Below are positions 1 through 13,572 of a stretch of DNA of 64,000 nt, piece by piece. Each line of letters starts with the position of its first letter. The stretch's first letter is position 1. The position numbers and the translations under genes were made by a program. The notes under the pieces are model-generated. The model worked only from the letters and a program-made list of their open reading frames with translations, was not told the DNA's origin and made no database searches. Origin of the DNA: Nemertoderma westbladi (lineage: Eukaryota; Animalia; Xenacoelomorpha); contig JAUCBJ010006683.1 of assembly GCA_032718475.1 (NCBI GenBank), positions 1 to 64,000 on the forward strand, read 5' to 3'.

Positions 1-427
1 TCTGAAAGTATTTATTTTTTGTGTTATTTTAACGTGTATTGTAAGAGTACAAAACATATTTCGATTTGGTGTTTTTTTTTTTATTTTCCGCATAATTTGA
101 ATTATATGCAAGTATTTTTCGTGTTTATTTATATTATTTTTATTCTCTTATTGTACGTAAATGAAATTTTTGGCCGCCCCGGAGTGTGTGCAAAATATAT
201 TGCATTTATAGGGGACCCTTTTTCATACTGTAGTTCTTTTAGTTATTCAGTGATTACCGGTATCGTTAGTCAGATACAGCAATATAATATCTGATTTCTG
301 TTAGTATTTCAGTTGTGTGATATACCGGTACTGATTTATGAAATGAAGTAGGCTCGGTATTCTCGGAAAATATAATAAGATTTTATATATCTATTTATTT
401 TCATGTTTTGGTCAATATCCATAACAT
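1..427. other. AT-rich unique/low-complexity flank at the left edge of the satellite array
   Basis: T/A-rich, with no 40-bp periodicity. The only ORF (19-294) is compositionally biased and not credible. Confidence 0.6.
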
Positions 428-3400
428 ACTGGTCCTATATAGGTGTACTGATTCTAACTGCTGTATGATGGTCTCCATATAGAAGTACTGGTTCTGACTG
501 CTTTATGATGGACTCCATATAGGAGTACTGGTTCTATCTGCTGTATGATGGACTCCATATAGGAAGGAGTACTGGTTCTAAATGCTGTATGATGGACTCC
601 ATATAGGAGTACTGGTTCTAACTTATGATTGATGGACTGACTCCATATAGAAGTACTGGTTCTAACTTCTGATTGATGGACTCCATATAGGAGTACTGGT
701 TCTAACTGCTGTATGATGGACTCCATATAGGAGTACTGGTTCTAACTGCTGTATGATGGAATCCATATAGGAATACTGGTTCCTGGTTCTATCTGCTGAT
801 TGATGCTCCATATAGGAGTACTGGTTCTAACTGCTGTATGATGGACTCCATATAGGAGTACTGGTTCTAACAGCTGTATGATGGACTCCATATAGGAGTA
901 TTGATTCTAACTGCTGTATGATGGACTCCATAAAGGAGTACTAGTTCTAACTTCTGATTGATGGAATCCATATAGGAGTACTGGTTCTAACTGCTGTATG
1001 ATTGACTCCATATAGGAGTACTGGTTCTAACTTCTTATTGATGGACTCCATATAGGAGTACTGGTTCTAACTGCTGTATGATGGACTCCATATAGGAGTA
1101 TTGGTTCTAAACTGCTGTATGATGGACTCCATATAGGAGTACTGGTTCTAACTGCTGTATGATGGACTCCATATAGGAGTACTGGTTCTAACAGCTGTAT
1201 GATGGACTCCATATAGGAGTATTGATTCTAACTGCTGTGGACTCCATATAGGAGTACTGGTTCTAACTTCTGATCGATGGACTCCATATAGGAGTACTGG
1301 TTCTAACTGCTGTATGATGGACTCCATATAGGAGTACTGGTTCTAACTGCTGTATGATGGACTCCATATAGGAGTACTGGTTCTAACTTCTGATCTATGG
1401 ACTCCATATAGGAGTACTGGTTCTAACTGCTGTATGATGGACTCCATAAGGAGTACTGGTTCTAACTGCCGTATGATGGACTCCATATAGGAGTACTGTT
1501 TCTAACTGCTGTATGATGGACTCCATATAGGAGTACTGATTCTAACTGCTGTATGATGGACTCCATATAGGAGTACTGGTTCTAACTGCTGTATGATGGA
1601 CTCCATATAGGAGTACTGGTTCTAACTGCTGATTGATGAACTCCATATAGGAGTACTGATTCTAACTGCTGTATGATGGACTCCATATAGGAATACTGGT
1701 TCTAACTGCTGTGTGATAGACTCCATATAGGAGTACTGGTTCTAACTGCTGTATGATGGACTCCACATAGGAATACTAGTTCTAACTGCTGTATGATGGA
1801 CTCCATATAGGAGTACTGATTCTAACTGCTGTATGATGGACTCCATATAGGAGTACTGGTTCTAACTTCTGATTGATGGACTCCATATAGGAGGACTGGT
1901 TCTAACTGCTGTATGATGGACTCCATATAGGAGTTCTAACTGCTGTATGATGGACTCCATATAGGAGTTCTAACTGCTGTATGATGGACTCCATATAGGA
2001 GTACTAGTTCTAACTTTTGTATGATGGACTCCATATAGGAGTACTGATTCTAACTGCTGTATGATGGACTCCATATAGGAGTACTGGTTCTAACTTCTGA
2101 TTGATGGACTCCATATAGGAGTACTGGTTCTAACTGATGTATGATGGACTCCAAATTGGAGTACTGGTTCTAACTGCTGTATGATGGACTCCATATAGGA
2201 GTACTGGTTCTAACTTTTGTATGATGGACTCCATATAGGAGTACTGATTCTAACTGATGTATGATGGACTCCATATAGGAGTACTGGTTCTAACTGATGT
2301 ATGATGGACTCCATATAGGAGTACTGGTTCTAACTTCTGATTGATGGAATCCATATAGCAGTACTGGTTCTAACTTCTGATTGATGGACTCCATATAGGA
2401 GTACTGGTTCTAACTGCTGTATGATGGACTCCATATAGGAGTTCTAACTGCTGTATGATGGACTCCATATAGGAGTACTGGTTCTAACTGATGTATGATG
2501 GACTCCATATAGGAGTACTGATTCTAACTGCTGTATGATGGACTCCATATAGGAAGGAGTACTGGTTCTAACTTCTGATTGATGGACTCCATAAAGGAGT
2601 ACTGGTTTTAACTTCTGATTGATGGACTCCATATAGGAGTACTGGTCCTATATAGGTGTACTGATTCTAACTGCTGTATGATGGTCTCCATATAGAAGTA
2701 CTGGTTCTGACTGCTTTCTGATGGACTCCATATAGGAGTACTGGTTCTATCTGCTGTATGATGGACTCCATATAGGAAGGAGTACTGGTTCTAACTGCTG
2801 TATGATGGACTCCATATAGGAGTACTGGTTCTAACTTATGATTGATGGACTGACTCCATATAGGAGTACTGGTTCTAACTTCTGATTGATGGACTCCATA
2901 TAGGAGTACTGGTTCTAACTGCTGTATGATGGACTCCATATAGGAGTACTGGTTCTAACTGCTGTATGATGGAATCCATATAGGAATACTGGTTCCTGGT
3001 TCTATCTGCTGATTGATGCTCCATATAGGAGTACTGGTTCTAACTGCTGTATGATGGACTCCATATAGGAGTACTGGTTCTAACAGCTGTATGATGGACT
3101 CCATATAGGAGTATTGATTCTAACTGCTGTGGACTCCATATAGGAGTACTGGTTCTAACTGCTGTATGATGGACTCCATATAGGAGTACTGATTCTAACT
3201 GCTGTATGATGGACTCCATATAGGAGTACTGGTTCTAACTGCTGTATGATGGACTCCATATAGGAGTACTGGTTCTAACAGCTGTATGATGGACTCCATA
3301 TAGGAGTATTGATTCTAACTGCTGTGGACTCCATATAGGAGTACTGGTTCTAACTTCTGATCGATGGACTCCATATAGGAGTATTGATTCTAACTGCTGT

Positions 3401-6400
3401 GGACTCCATATAGGAGTACTGGTTCTAACTTCTGATCGATGGACTCCATATAGGAGTACTGGTTCTAACAGCTGTATGATGGACTCCATATAGGAGTATT
3501 GATTCTAACTGCTGTGGACTCCATATAGGAGTACTGGTTCTAACTGCTGTATGATGGACTCCATATAGGAGTACTGGTTCTAACAGCTGTATGATGGACT
3601 CCATATAGGAGTACTGGTTCTAACTGCTGTATGATGGACTCCATATAGGAGTACTGGTTCTAACAGCTGTATGATGGACTCCATATAGGAGTATTGATTC
3701 TAACTGCTGTGGACTCCATATAGGAGTACTGGTTCTAACTTCTGATCGATGGACTCCATATAGGAGTACTGGTTCTAACTGCTGTATGATGGACTCCATA
3801 TAGGAGTACTGGTTCTAACTGCTGTATGATGGACTCCATATAGGAGTACTGGTTCTAACTGCTGTATGATGGACTCCATATAGGAGTACTGATTCTAACT
3901 GCTGTATGATGGACTCCATATAGGAGTACTGGTTCTAACTGCTGTATGATGGACTCCATATAGGAGTACTGGTTCTAACTGCTGATTGATGAACTCCATA
4001 TCGGAGTACTGATTCTAACTGCTGTATGATGGACTCCATATAGGAGTACTGGTTCTAACTGATGTATGATGGACTCCATATAGGAGTACTGGTTCTAACT
4101 GCTGTATGATGGACTCCATATAGGAGTACTGATTCTAACTGCTGTATGATGGACTCCATATAGGAGTTCTAACTGCTGTATGATTGACTCCATATAGGAG
4201 TACTGGTTCTAACTTTTGTATGATGGACTCCATATAGGAGTACTGATTCTAACTGCTGTATGATGGACTCCATATAGGAGTACTGGTTCTAACTTCTGAT
4301 TGATGGACTCCATAAAGGAGTACTAGTTCTAACTTCTGATTGATGGACTCCATATAGGAGTACTGGTTCTAACTGCTGTATGATGGACTCCATATAGGAG
4401 TACTGGTTCTAACTTCTGATTGATGGAATCCATATAGGAGTACTGGTTCTAACTTCTGATTGATGGACTCCATAAAGGAGTACTAGTTCTAACTTCTGAT
4501 TGATGGACTCCATATAGGAGTACTGGTTCTAACTGCTGTATGATGGACTCCATAGGAGTACTGGTTCTAACTTCTGATTGATGGTCTCCATATAGAAGTA
4601 CTGGTTCTGACTGCTGTATGATGGACTCCATATAGGAGTAATGGTTCTATCTGCTGTATGATGGACTCCATATAGGAAGGAGTACTGGTTCTAACTGCTG
4701 TATGATGGACTCAATATAGGAGTACTGGTTCTAACTTATGATTGATGGACTGACTCCATATAGGAGTACTGGTTCTAACTTCTGATTGATGGACTCCATA
4801 TAGGAGTACTGGTTCTAACTGCTGTATGATGGACTCCATATAGGAGTACTGGTTCTAACTGCTGTATGATGGAATCCATATAGGAATACTGGTTCCTGGT
4901 TCTATCTGCTGATTGATGCTCCATATAGGAGTACTGGTTCTAACTGCTGTATGATGGACTCCATATAGGAGTACTGGTTCTAACAGCTGAATGATGGACT
5001 CCATATAGGAGTACTGGCTCTAACTGCTGTATGATGGACTCCATATAGGAGTACTGGTTCTAACAGCTGTATGATGGACTCCATATAGGAGTATTGATTC
5101 TAACTGCTGTGGACTCCATATAGGAGTACTGGTTCTAACTTCTGATCGATGGACTCCATATAGGAATACTGGTTCTAACTGCTGTATGATGGACTCCATA
5201 TAGGAGTACTGGTTCTAACTGCTGTATGATGGACTCCATATAGGAGTACTGGTTCTAACTGATGTATGATGGACTCCACATAGGAGTACTGGTTCTAACT
5301 TTTGTATGATGGACTCCATATAGGAGTACTGATTCTAACTGCTGTATGATGGACTCCATATATGAGTACTGGTTCTAACTTCTGATTGATGGACTCCATA
5401 TAGGAAGGAGTACTGATTCTAACTGCTGTATGATGGACTCCATATAGGAGTACTGGTTCTAACTTCTGATTGATGGACTCCATATAGGAGTACTGGTTCT
5501 AACTTCTCATTGATGGACTCCATATAGGAGTACTGGTTCTAACTGCTGTATGATGGACTCCATATAGGAGTACTGGTTCTAACTTCTGATTGATGGACTC
5601 CATAAAGGAATACTAGTTCTAACTTCTGCTTGATGGACTCCATATAGGAGTACTGGTTCTAACTGCTGTATGATGGACTCCATATAGGAGTACTGGTTCT
5701 AACTTCTTATTGATGGAATCCATATAGGAGTACTGGTTCTAACTTTTGTATGATGGACTCCATATAGGAGTACTGATTCTAACTGCTGTATGATGGACTC
5801 CATATAGGAGTACTGGTTCTAACTGATGTATGATGGACTCCACATAGGAGTACTGGTTCTAACTTTTGTATGATGGACTCCATATAGGAGTACTGATTCT
5901 AACTGCTGTATGATGGACTCCATATAGGAGTACTGGTTCTAACTTCTGATTGATGGACTCCATAAAGGAATACTAGTTCTAACTTCTGCTTGATGGACTC
6001 CATATAGGAGTACTGGTTCTAACTGCTGTATGATGGACTCCATATAGGAGTACTGGTTCTAACTTCTTATTGATGGAATCCATATAGGAGTACTGGTTCT
6101 AACTTCTGATTGATGGACTCCATAAAGGAGTACTGATTCTAACTGCTGTATGATGGACTCCATATAGGAGTACTGGTTCTAACTGCTGTATGATGGACTC
6201 CATATAGGAGTACTGGTTTTAACTTCTGATTGATGGACTCCATAAAGGAATACTAGTTCTAACTTCTGCTTGATGGACTCCATATAGGAGTACTGGTTCT
6301 AACTGCTGTATGATGGACTCCATATAGGAGTACTGGTTCTAACTTCTTATTGATGGAATCCATATAGGAGTACTGGTTCTAACTTTTGTATGATGGACTC

Positions 6401-9400
6401 CATATAGGAGTACTGATTCTAACTGCTGTATGATGGACTCCATATAGGAGTACTGGTTCTAACTGATGTATGATGGACTCCACATAGGAGTACTGGTTCT
6501 AACTTTTGTATGATGGACTCCATATAGGAGTACTGATTCTAACTGCTGTATGATGGACTCCATATAGGAGTACTGGTTCTAACTTCTGATTGATGGACTC
6601 CATAAAGGAATACTAGTTCTAACTTCTGCTTGATGGACTCCATATAGGAGTACTGGTTCTAACTGCTGTATGATGGACTCCATATAGGAGTACTGGTTCT
6701 AACTTCTTATTGATGGAATCCATATAGGAGTACTGGTTCTAACTTCTGATTGATGGACTCCATAAAGGAGTACTAGTTCTAACTTCTGATTGATGGACTC
6801 CATATAGGAGTACTGGTTCTAACTGCTGTATGATGGACTCCATATAGGAGTATTGGTTCTAACTGCTGTATGATGGACTCCATAAAGGAGTACTAGTTCT
6901 AACTTCTGATTGATGGACTCCATATAGGAGTACTGGTTCTAACTGCTGTATGATGGACTCCATATAGGAGTATTGGTTCTAACTGCTGTATGATTGACTC
7001 CATATAGGAGTATTGGTTCTAACTGCTGTATGATGGACTTCATAAAGCAGTACTAGATCTAACTTCTGATTTAAGGACTCCATAAAGGAATACTAGTTCA
7101 AACTTCTGATTGATGGACTCCATATAGGAGTACTGGTTCTAACTGCTGTATGATGGACTCCATATAGGAGTACTGGTTCTAACTTCTTATTGATGGAATC
7201 CATATAGGAGTACTGGTTCTAACTTCTGATTGATGGACTCCATAAAGGAGTACTAGTTCTAACTTCTGATTGATGGACTCCATATAGGAGTACTGGTTCT
7301 AACTGCTGTATGATGGACTCCATATAGGAGTATTGGTTCTAACTGCTGTATGATGGACTCCATATAGGAGTACTGGTTCTAACTGCTGTATGATGGACTC
7401 CATATAGGAGTACTGGTTCTAACAGCTGTATGATGGACTCCATATAGGAGTATTGATTCTAACTGCTGTGGACTCCATATAGGAGTACTGGTCTAACTTC
7501 TGATCGATGGACTCCATATAGGAGTACTGGTTCTAACTGCTGTATGATGGACTCCATAGGAGTACTGGTTCTAACTTCTGATGGATGGTCTCCATATAGA
7601 AGTACTGGTTCTGACTGCTGTATGATGGACTCAATATAGGAGTAATGGTTCTATCTGCTGTATGATGGACTCCATATAGGAAGGAGTACTGGTTCTAACT
7701 GCTGTATGATGGACTCAATATAGGAGTACTGGTTCTAACTTATGATTGATGGACTGACTCCATATAGGAGTACTGGTTCTAACTTCTGATTGATGGACTC
7801 CATATAGGAGTACTGGTTCTAACTGCTGTATGATGGACTCCATATAGGAGTACTGGTTCTAACTGCTGTATGATGGAATCCATATAGGAATACTGGTTCC
7901 TGGTTCTATCTGCTGATTGATGCTCCATATAGGAATACTGGTTCTAACTGCTGTATGATGGACTCCATATAGGAGTACTGGTTCTAACAGCTGTATGATG
8001 GACTCCATATAGGAGTACTGGCTCTAACTGCTGTATGATGGACTCCATATAGGAGTACTGGTTCTAACAGCTGTATGATGGACTCCATATAGGAGTATTG
8101 ATTCTAACTGCTGTGGACTCCATATAGGAGTACTGGTTCTAACTTCTGATCGATGGACTCCATATAGGAATACTGGTTCTAACTGCTGTATGATGGACTC
8201 CATATAGGAGTACTGGTTCTAACTGCTGTATGATGGACTCCATATAGGAGTACTGGTTCTAACTGCTGTATGATGGACTCCATATAGGAGTACTGGTTCT
8301 AACTGATGTATGATGGACTCCACATAGGAGTACTGGTTCTAACTTTTGTATGATGGACTCCATATAGGAGTACTGATTCTAACTGCTGTATGATGGACTC
8401 CATATATGAGTACTGGTTCTAACTTCTGATTGATGGACTCCATATAGGAAGGAGTACTGATTCTAACTGCTGTATGATGGACTCCATATAGGAGTACTGG
8501 TTCTAACTGATGTATGATGGACTCCACATAGGAGTACTGGTTCTAACTTTTGTATGATGGACTCCATATAGGAGTACTGATTCTAACTGCTGTATGATGG
8601 ACTCCATATATGAGTACTGGTTCTAACTTCTGATTGATGGACTCCATATAGGAAGGAGTACTGGTTCTAACTGCTGTATGATGGACTCCATATAGGAGTA
8701 CTGGTTCTAACTGATGTATGATGGACTCCACATAGGAGTACTGGTTCTAACTTTTGTATGATGGACTCCATATAGGAGTACTGATTCTAACTGCTGTATG
8801 ATGGACTCCATATAGGAGTACTGGTTCTAACTTCTGATTGATGGACTCCATAAAGGAATACTAGTTCTAACTTCTGCTTGATGGACTCCATATAGGAGTA
8901 CTGGTTCTAACTGCTGTATGATGGACTCCATATAGGAGTACTGGTTCTAACTTCTTATTGATGGAATCCATATAGGAGTACTGGTTCTAACTTCTGATTG
9001 ATGGACTCCATAAAGGAGTACTAGTTCTAACTTCTGATTGATGGACTCCATATAGGAGTACTGGTTCTAACTGCTGTATGATGGACTCCATATAGGAGTA
9101 TTGGTTCTAACTGCTGTATGATGGACTCCATAAAGGAGTACTAGTTCTAACTTCTGATTGATGGACTCCATATAGGAGTACTGGTTCTAACTGCTGTATG
9201 ATGGACTCCATATAGGAGTATTGGTTCTAACTGCTGTATGATGGACTCCATATAGGAGTATTGGTTCTAACTGCTGTATGATGGACTTCATAAAGCAGTA
9301 CTAGATCTAACTTCTGATTGATGGACTCCATAAAGGAATACTAGTTCAAACTTCTGATTGATGGACTCCATATAGGAGTACTGGTTCTAACTGCTGTATG

Positions 9401-12400
9401 ATGGACTCCATATAGGAGTACTGGTTCTAACTTCTTATTGATGGAATCCATATAGGAGTACTGGTTCTAACTTCTGATTGATGGACTCCATAAAGGAGTA
9501 CTAGTTCTAACTTCTGATTGATGGACTCCATATAGGAGTACTGGTTCTAACTGCTGTATGATGGACTCCATATAGGAGTATTGGTTCTAACTGCTGTATG
9601 ATGGACTCCATATAGGAGTACTGGTTCTAACTGCTGTATGATGGACTCCATATAGGAGTACTGGTTCTAACAGCTGTATGATGGACTCCATATAGGAGTA
9701 TTGATTCTAACTGCTGTGGACTCCATATAGGAGTACTGGTCTAACTTCTGATCGATGGACTCCATATAGGAGTACTGGTTCTAACTGCTGTATGATGGAC
9801 TCCATAGGAGTAATGGTTCTATCTGCTGTATGATGGACTCCATATAGGAAGGAGTACTGGTTCTAACTGCTGTATGATGGACTCAATATAGGAGTACTGG
9901 TTCTAACTTATGATTGATGGACTGACTCCATATAGGAGTACTGGTTCTAACTTCTGATTGATGGACTCCATATAGGAGTACTGGTTCTAACTGCTGTATG
10001 ATGGACTCCATATAGGAGTACTGGTTCTAACTGCTGTATGATGGAATCCATATAGGAATACTGGTTCCTGGTTCTATCTGCTGATTGATGCTCCATATAG
10101 GAATACTGGTTCTAACTGCTGTATGATGGACTCCATATAGGAGTACTGGTTCTAACAGCTGTATGATGGACTCCATATAGGAGTACTGGCTCTAACTGCT
10201 GTATGATGGACTCCATATAGGAGTACTGGTTCTAACAGCTGTATGATGGACTCCATATAGGAGTATTGATTCTAACTGCTGTTGACTCCATATAGGAGTA
10301 CTGGTTCTAACTTCTGATCGATGGACTCCATATAGGAATACTGGTTCTAACTGCTGTATGATGGACTCCATATAGGAGTACTGGTTCTAACTGCTGTATG
10401 ATGGACTCCATATAGGAGTACTGGTTCTAACTGATGTATGATGGACTCCACATAGGAGTACTGGTTCTAACTTTTGTATGATGGACTCCATATAGGAGTA
10501 CTGATTCTAACTGCTGTATGATGGACTCCATATATGAGTACTGGTTCTAACTTCTGATTGATGGACTCCATATAGGAAGGAGTACTGATTCTAACTGCTG
10601 TATGATGGACTCCATATAGGAGTAGTGGTTCTAACTTCTGATTGATGGACTCCATAGAAGTACTGGTTCTAACTGATGTATGATGGACTCCACATAGGAG
10701 TACTGGTTCTAACTTTTGTATGATGGACTCCATATAGGAGTACTGATTCTAACTGCTGTATGATGGACTCCATATAGGAGTACTGGTTCTAACTTCTGAT
10801 TGATGGACTCCATAAAGGAATACTAGTTCTAACTTCTGATTGATGGACTCCATATAGGAGTATTGGTTCTAACTGCTGTATGATGGACTCCATAAAGGAG
10901 TACTAGTTCTAACTTCTGATTGATGGACTCCATATAGGAGTACTGGTTCTAACTGCTGTATGATGGACTCCATATAGGAGTATTGGTTCTAACTGCTGTA
11001 TGATGGACTCCATATAGGAGTATTGGTTCTAACTGCTGTATGATGGACTTCATAAAGGAGTACTAGTTCTAACTTCTGATTGATGGACTCCATATAGGAG
11101 TATTGGTTCTAACTGCTGTATGATGGACTCCATAAAGGAGTACTAGTTCTAACTTCTGATTGATGGACTCCATATAGGAGTACTGGTTCTAACTGCTGTA
11201 TGATGGACTCCATATAGGAGTATTGGTTCTAACTGCTGTATGATGGACTCCATATAGGAGTATTGGTTCTAACTGCTGTATGATGGACTTCATAAAGGAG
11301 TACTAGTTCTAACTTCTGATTGATGGACTCCATAAAGGAATACTAGTTCTAACTTCTGATTGATGGACTCCATATAGGAGTACTGGTTCTAACTGCTGTA
11401 TGATGGACTCCATATAGGAGTACTGGTTCTAACTTCTTATTGATGGAATCCATATAGGAGTACTGGTTCTAACTTCTGATTGATGGACTCCATAAAGGAG
11501 TACTAGTTCTAACTTCTGATTGATGGAATCCATATAGGAGTACTGGTTCTAACTGCTGTATGATGGACTCCATATAGGAGTATTGGTTCTAACTGCTGTA
11601 TGATGGACTCCATATAGGAGTACTGGTTCTAACTGCTGTATGATGGACTCCATATAGGAGTACTGGTTCTAACAGCTGTATGATGGACTCCATATAGGAG
11701 TATTGATTCTAACTGCTGTGGACTCCATATAGGAGTACTGGTTCTAACTTCTGATCGATGGACTCCATATAGGAGTACTGGTTCTAACTGCTGTATGATG
11801 GACTCCATATAGGAGTACTGGTTCTAACTGCTGTATGATGGACTCCATATAGGAGTACTGGTTCTAACTTCTGATCTATGGACTCCATATAGGAGTACTG
11901 GTTCTAACTGCTGTATGATGGACTCCATAAGGAGTACTGGTTCTAACTGCCGTATGATGGACTCCATATAGGAGTACTGGTTCTAACTGCTGTATGATGG
12001 ACTCCATATAGGTGTACTGATTCTAACTGCTGTATGATGGACTCCATATAGGAGTACTGGTTCTAACTGCTGTATGATGGACTCCATATAGGAGTACTGG
12101 TTCTAACTGCTGATTGATGAACTCCATATAGGAGTACTGATTCTAACTGCTGTATGATGGACTCCATATAGGAGTACTGGTTCTAACTGCTGTGTGATGG
12201 ACTCCATATAGGAGTACTGGTTCTAACTGCTGTATGATGGACTCCACATAGGAGTACTAGTTCTAACTGCTGTATGATGGACTCCATATAGGAGTACTGA
12301 TTCTAACTGCTGTATGATGGACTCCATATAGGAGTACTGGTTCTAACTGCTGTATGATGGACTCCATATAGGAGTTCTAACTGCTGTATGATGGACTCCA

Positions 12401-12981
12401 TATAGGAGTACTAGTTCTAACTTTTGTATGATGGACTCCATATAGGAGTACTGATTCTAACTGCTGTATGATGGACTCCATATAGGAGTACTGGTTCTAA
12501 CTTCTGATTGATGGACTCCATATAGGAGTACTGGTTCTAACTGATGCATGATGGACTCCAAATAGGAGTACTGGTTCTAACTGCTGTATGATGGACTCCA
12601 TATAGGAGTACTGGTTCTAACTTCTGTATGATGGACTCCATATTGGAGTACTGGTTCTAACTTCTGATTGATGGACTCCATATAGGAGTACTGGTTCTAA
12701 CTGCTGTATGATGGACTCCATCTAGGAGTTCTAACTGCTGTATGATGGACTCCATATAGGAGTACTGGTTCTAACTTTTGTATGATGGACTCCATATAGG
12801 AGTACTGATTCTAACTGATGTATGATGGACTCCATATAGGAGTACTGGTTCTAACTTCTGATTGATGGAATCCATATAGGAGTACTGGTTTTAACTTCTG
12901 ATTGATGGACTCCATATAGGAGAACTGGTCCTATATAGGTGTACTGATTCTAACTACTGTATGATGACTCCATATAGGAGT
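428..12981 (+). repeat. 40-bp tandem satellite array, left block (about 310 monomers)
   Basis: Head-to-tail copies of CTGCTGTATGATGGACTCCATATAGGAGTACTGGTTCTAA, plus a second major variant with CTTCTGATTGATGG and many small indel variants. Confidence 0.98.
12977..12981 (+). repeat. Left target-site duplication GGAGT
   Basis: Identical to 25568-25572. Removing the element and one TSD copy restores a continuous satellite monomer. Confidence 0.95.
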
Positions 12982-13520
12982 TGTTAGCTTATTCAATCCC
13001 GCTAACCCAAACCCATAAAGTAGGGCGTTAAGCAATATTGGGGGCCACGAAATTGGATAATCAATCACTCGTGTCACCCCAACAAAATGGAAAGGAGAAA
13101 CACACAATGAGGGTCAGGGGCCAAACCCCTAACAGAGAGAGAACAGGTGGAGTGAACGGGAACACTCCAAAGGGCGCCAACAAGGGTATCAACCAATCAG
13201 AGGGGGAAAGGCATCGATTAGGTAGAGTAACAAGGCCAACCCGTGCAATATAGCCAGTTGGCAGTAATCATTTTACTCAGTTATCTCAGTATCATATTGG
13301 TGCTAGTTAGGTTAGTTAGTTTAGCTAGGGAAGGACCGGGACTTTAATTACCGTTTCCCGCCTTCCGTGTACGACATCATATCACCTATATCTATATCTA
13401 TATCTTATACCTAAACATTATACGCGACAAACAACGTAAACCCTTTCACTCTTCACACACGGCGGGGACGCGTGAATTAACAAACCGGATAAATCGGGAT
13501 CCTCCCTGGATCCCGTCACA
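12982..13520 (+). repeat. 5' LTR (539 bp)
   Basis: Starts TGTTAGC and ends GTCACA. Matches 25028-25567 with 5 substitutions and 1 G indel by manual alignment. Confidence 0.97.
13191..13282 (+). promoter_or_regulatory. Putative LTR Pol II promoter: CCAAT box, weak TATA-like element, Inr
   Basis: AACCAATCAG at 13191-13200, AATATA at 13247-13252 and Inr-like TCAGTT at 13277-13282, about 30 nt after the TATA-like site. Motif spacing only. Confidence 0.45.
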
Positions 13521-13572
13521 GTAATTAAACTCAGAGCTGCCGCCCTAGCTAGCTAATCACCAAGCGAGATAA
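13521..13572 (+). other. Non-canonical primer-binding region (no TGG tRNA complement) that is complementary to the LTR
   Basis: The sequence after the LTR is GTAATTAAACTC. GTAATTAAA is the reverse complement of LTR 13343-13351, and further complementary blocks follow (see findings). Confidence 0.55.

Noticed and set aside
19-294. 91-aa ORF in the flank
   Set aside because: Non-ATG start and F/I/Y-rich translation of T-rich DNA with no recognisable motif.
13038-13253. ORF within the LTR (also 25084-25272)
   Set aside because: TTG start, no motif, and the frame differs between the two LTRs because of a G indel.
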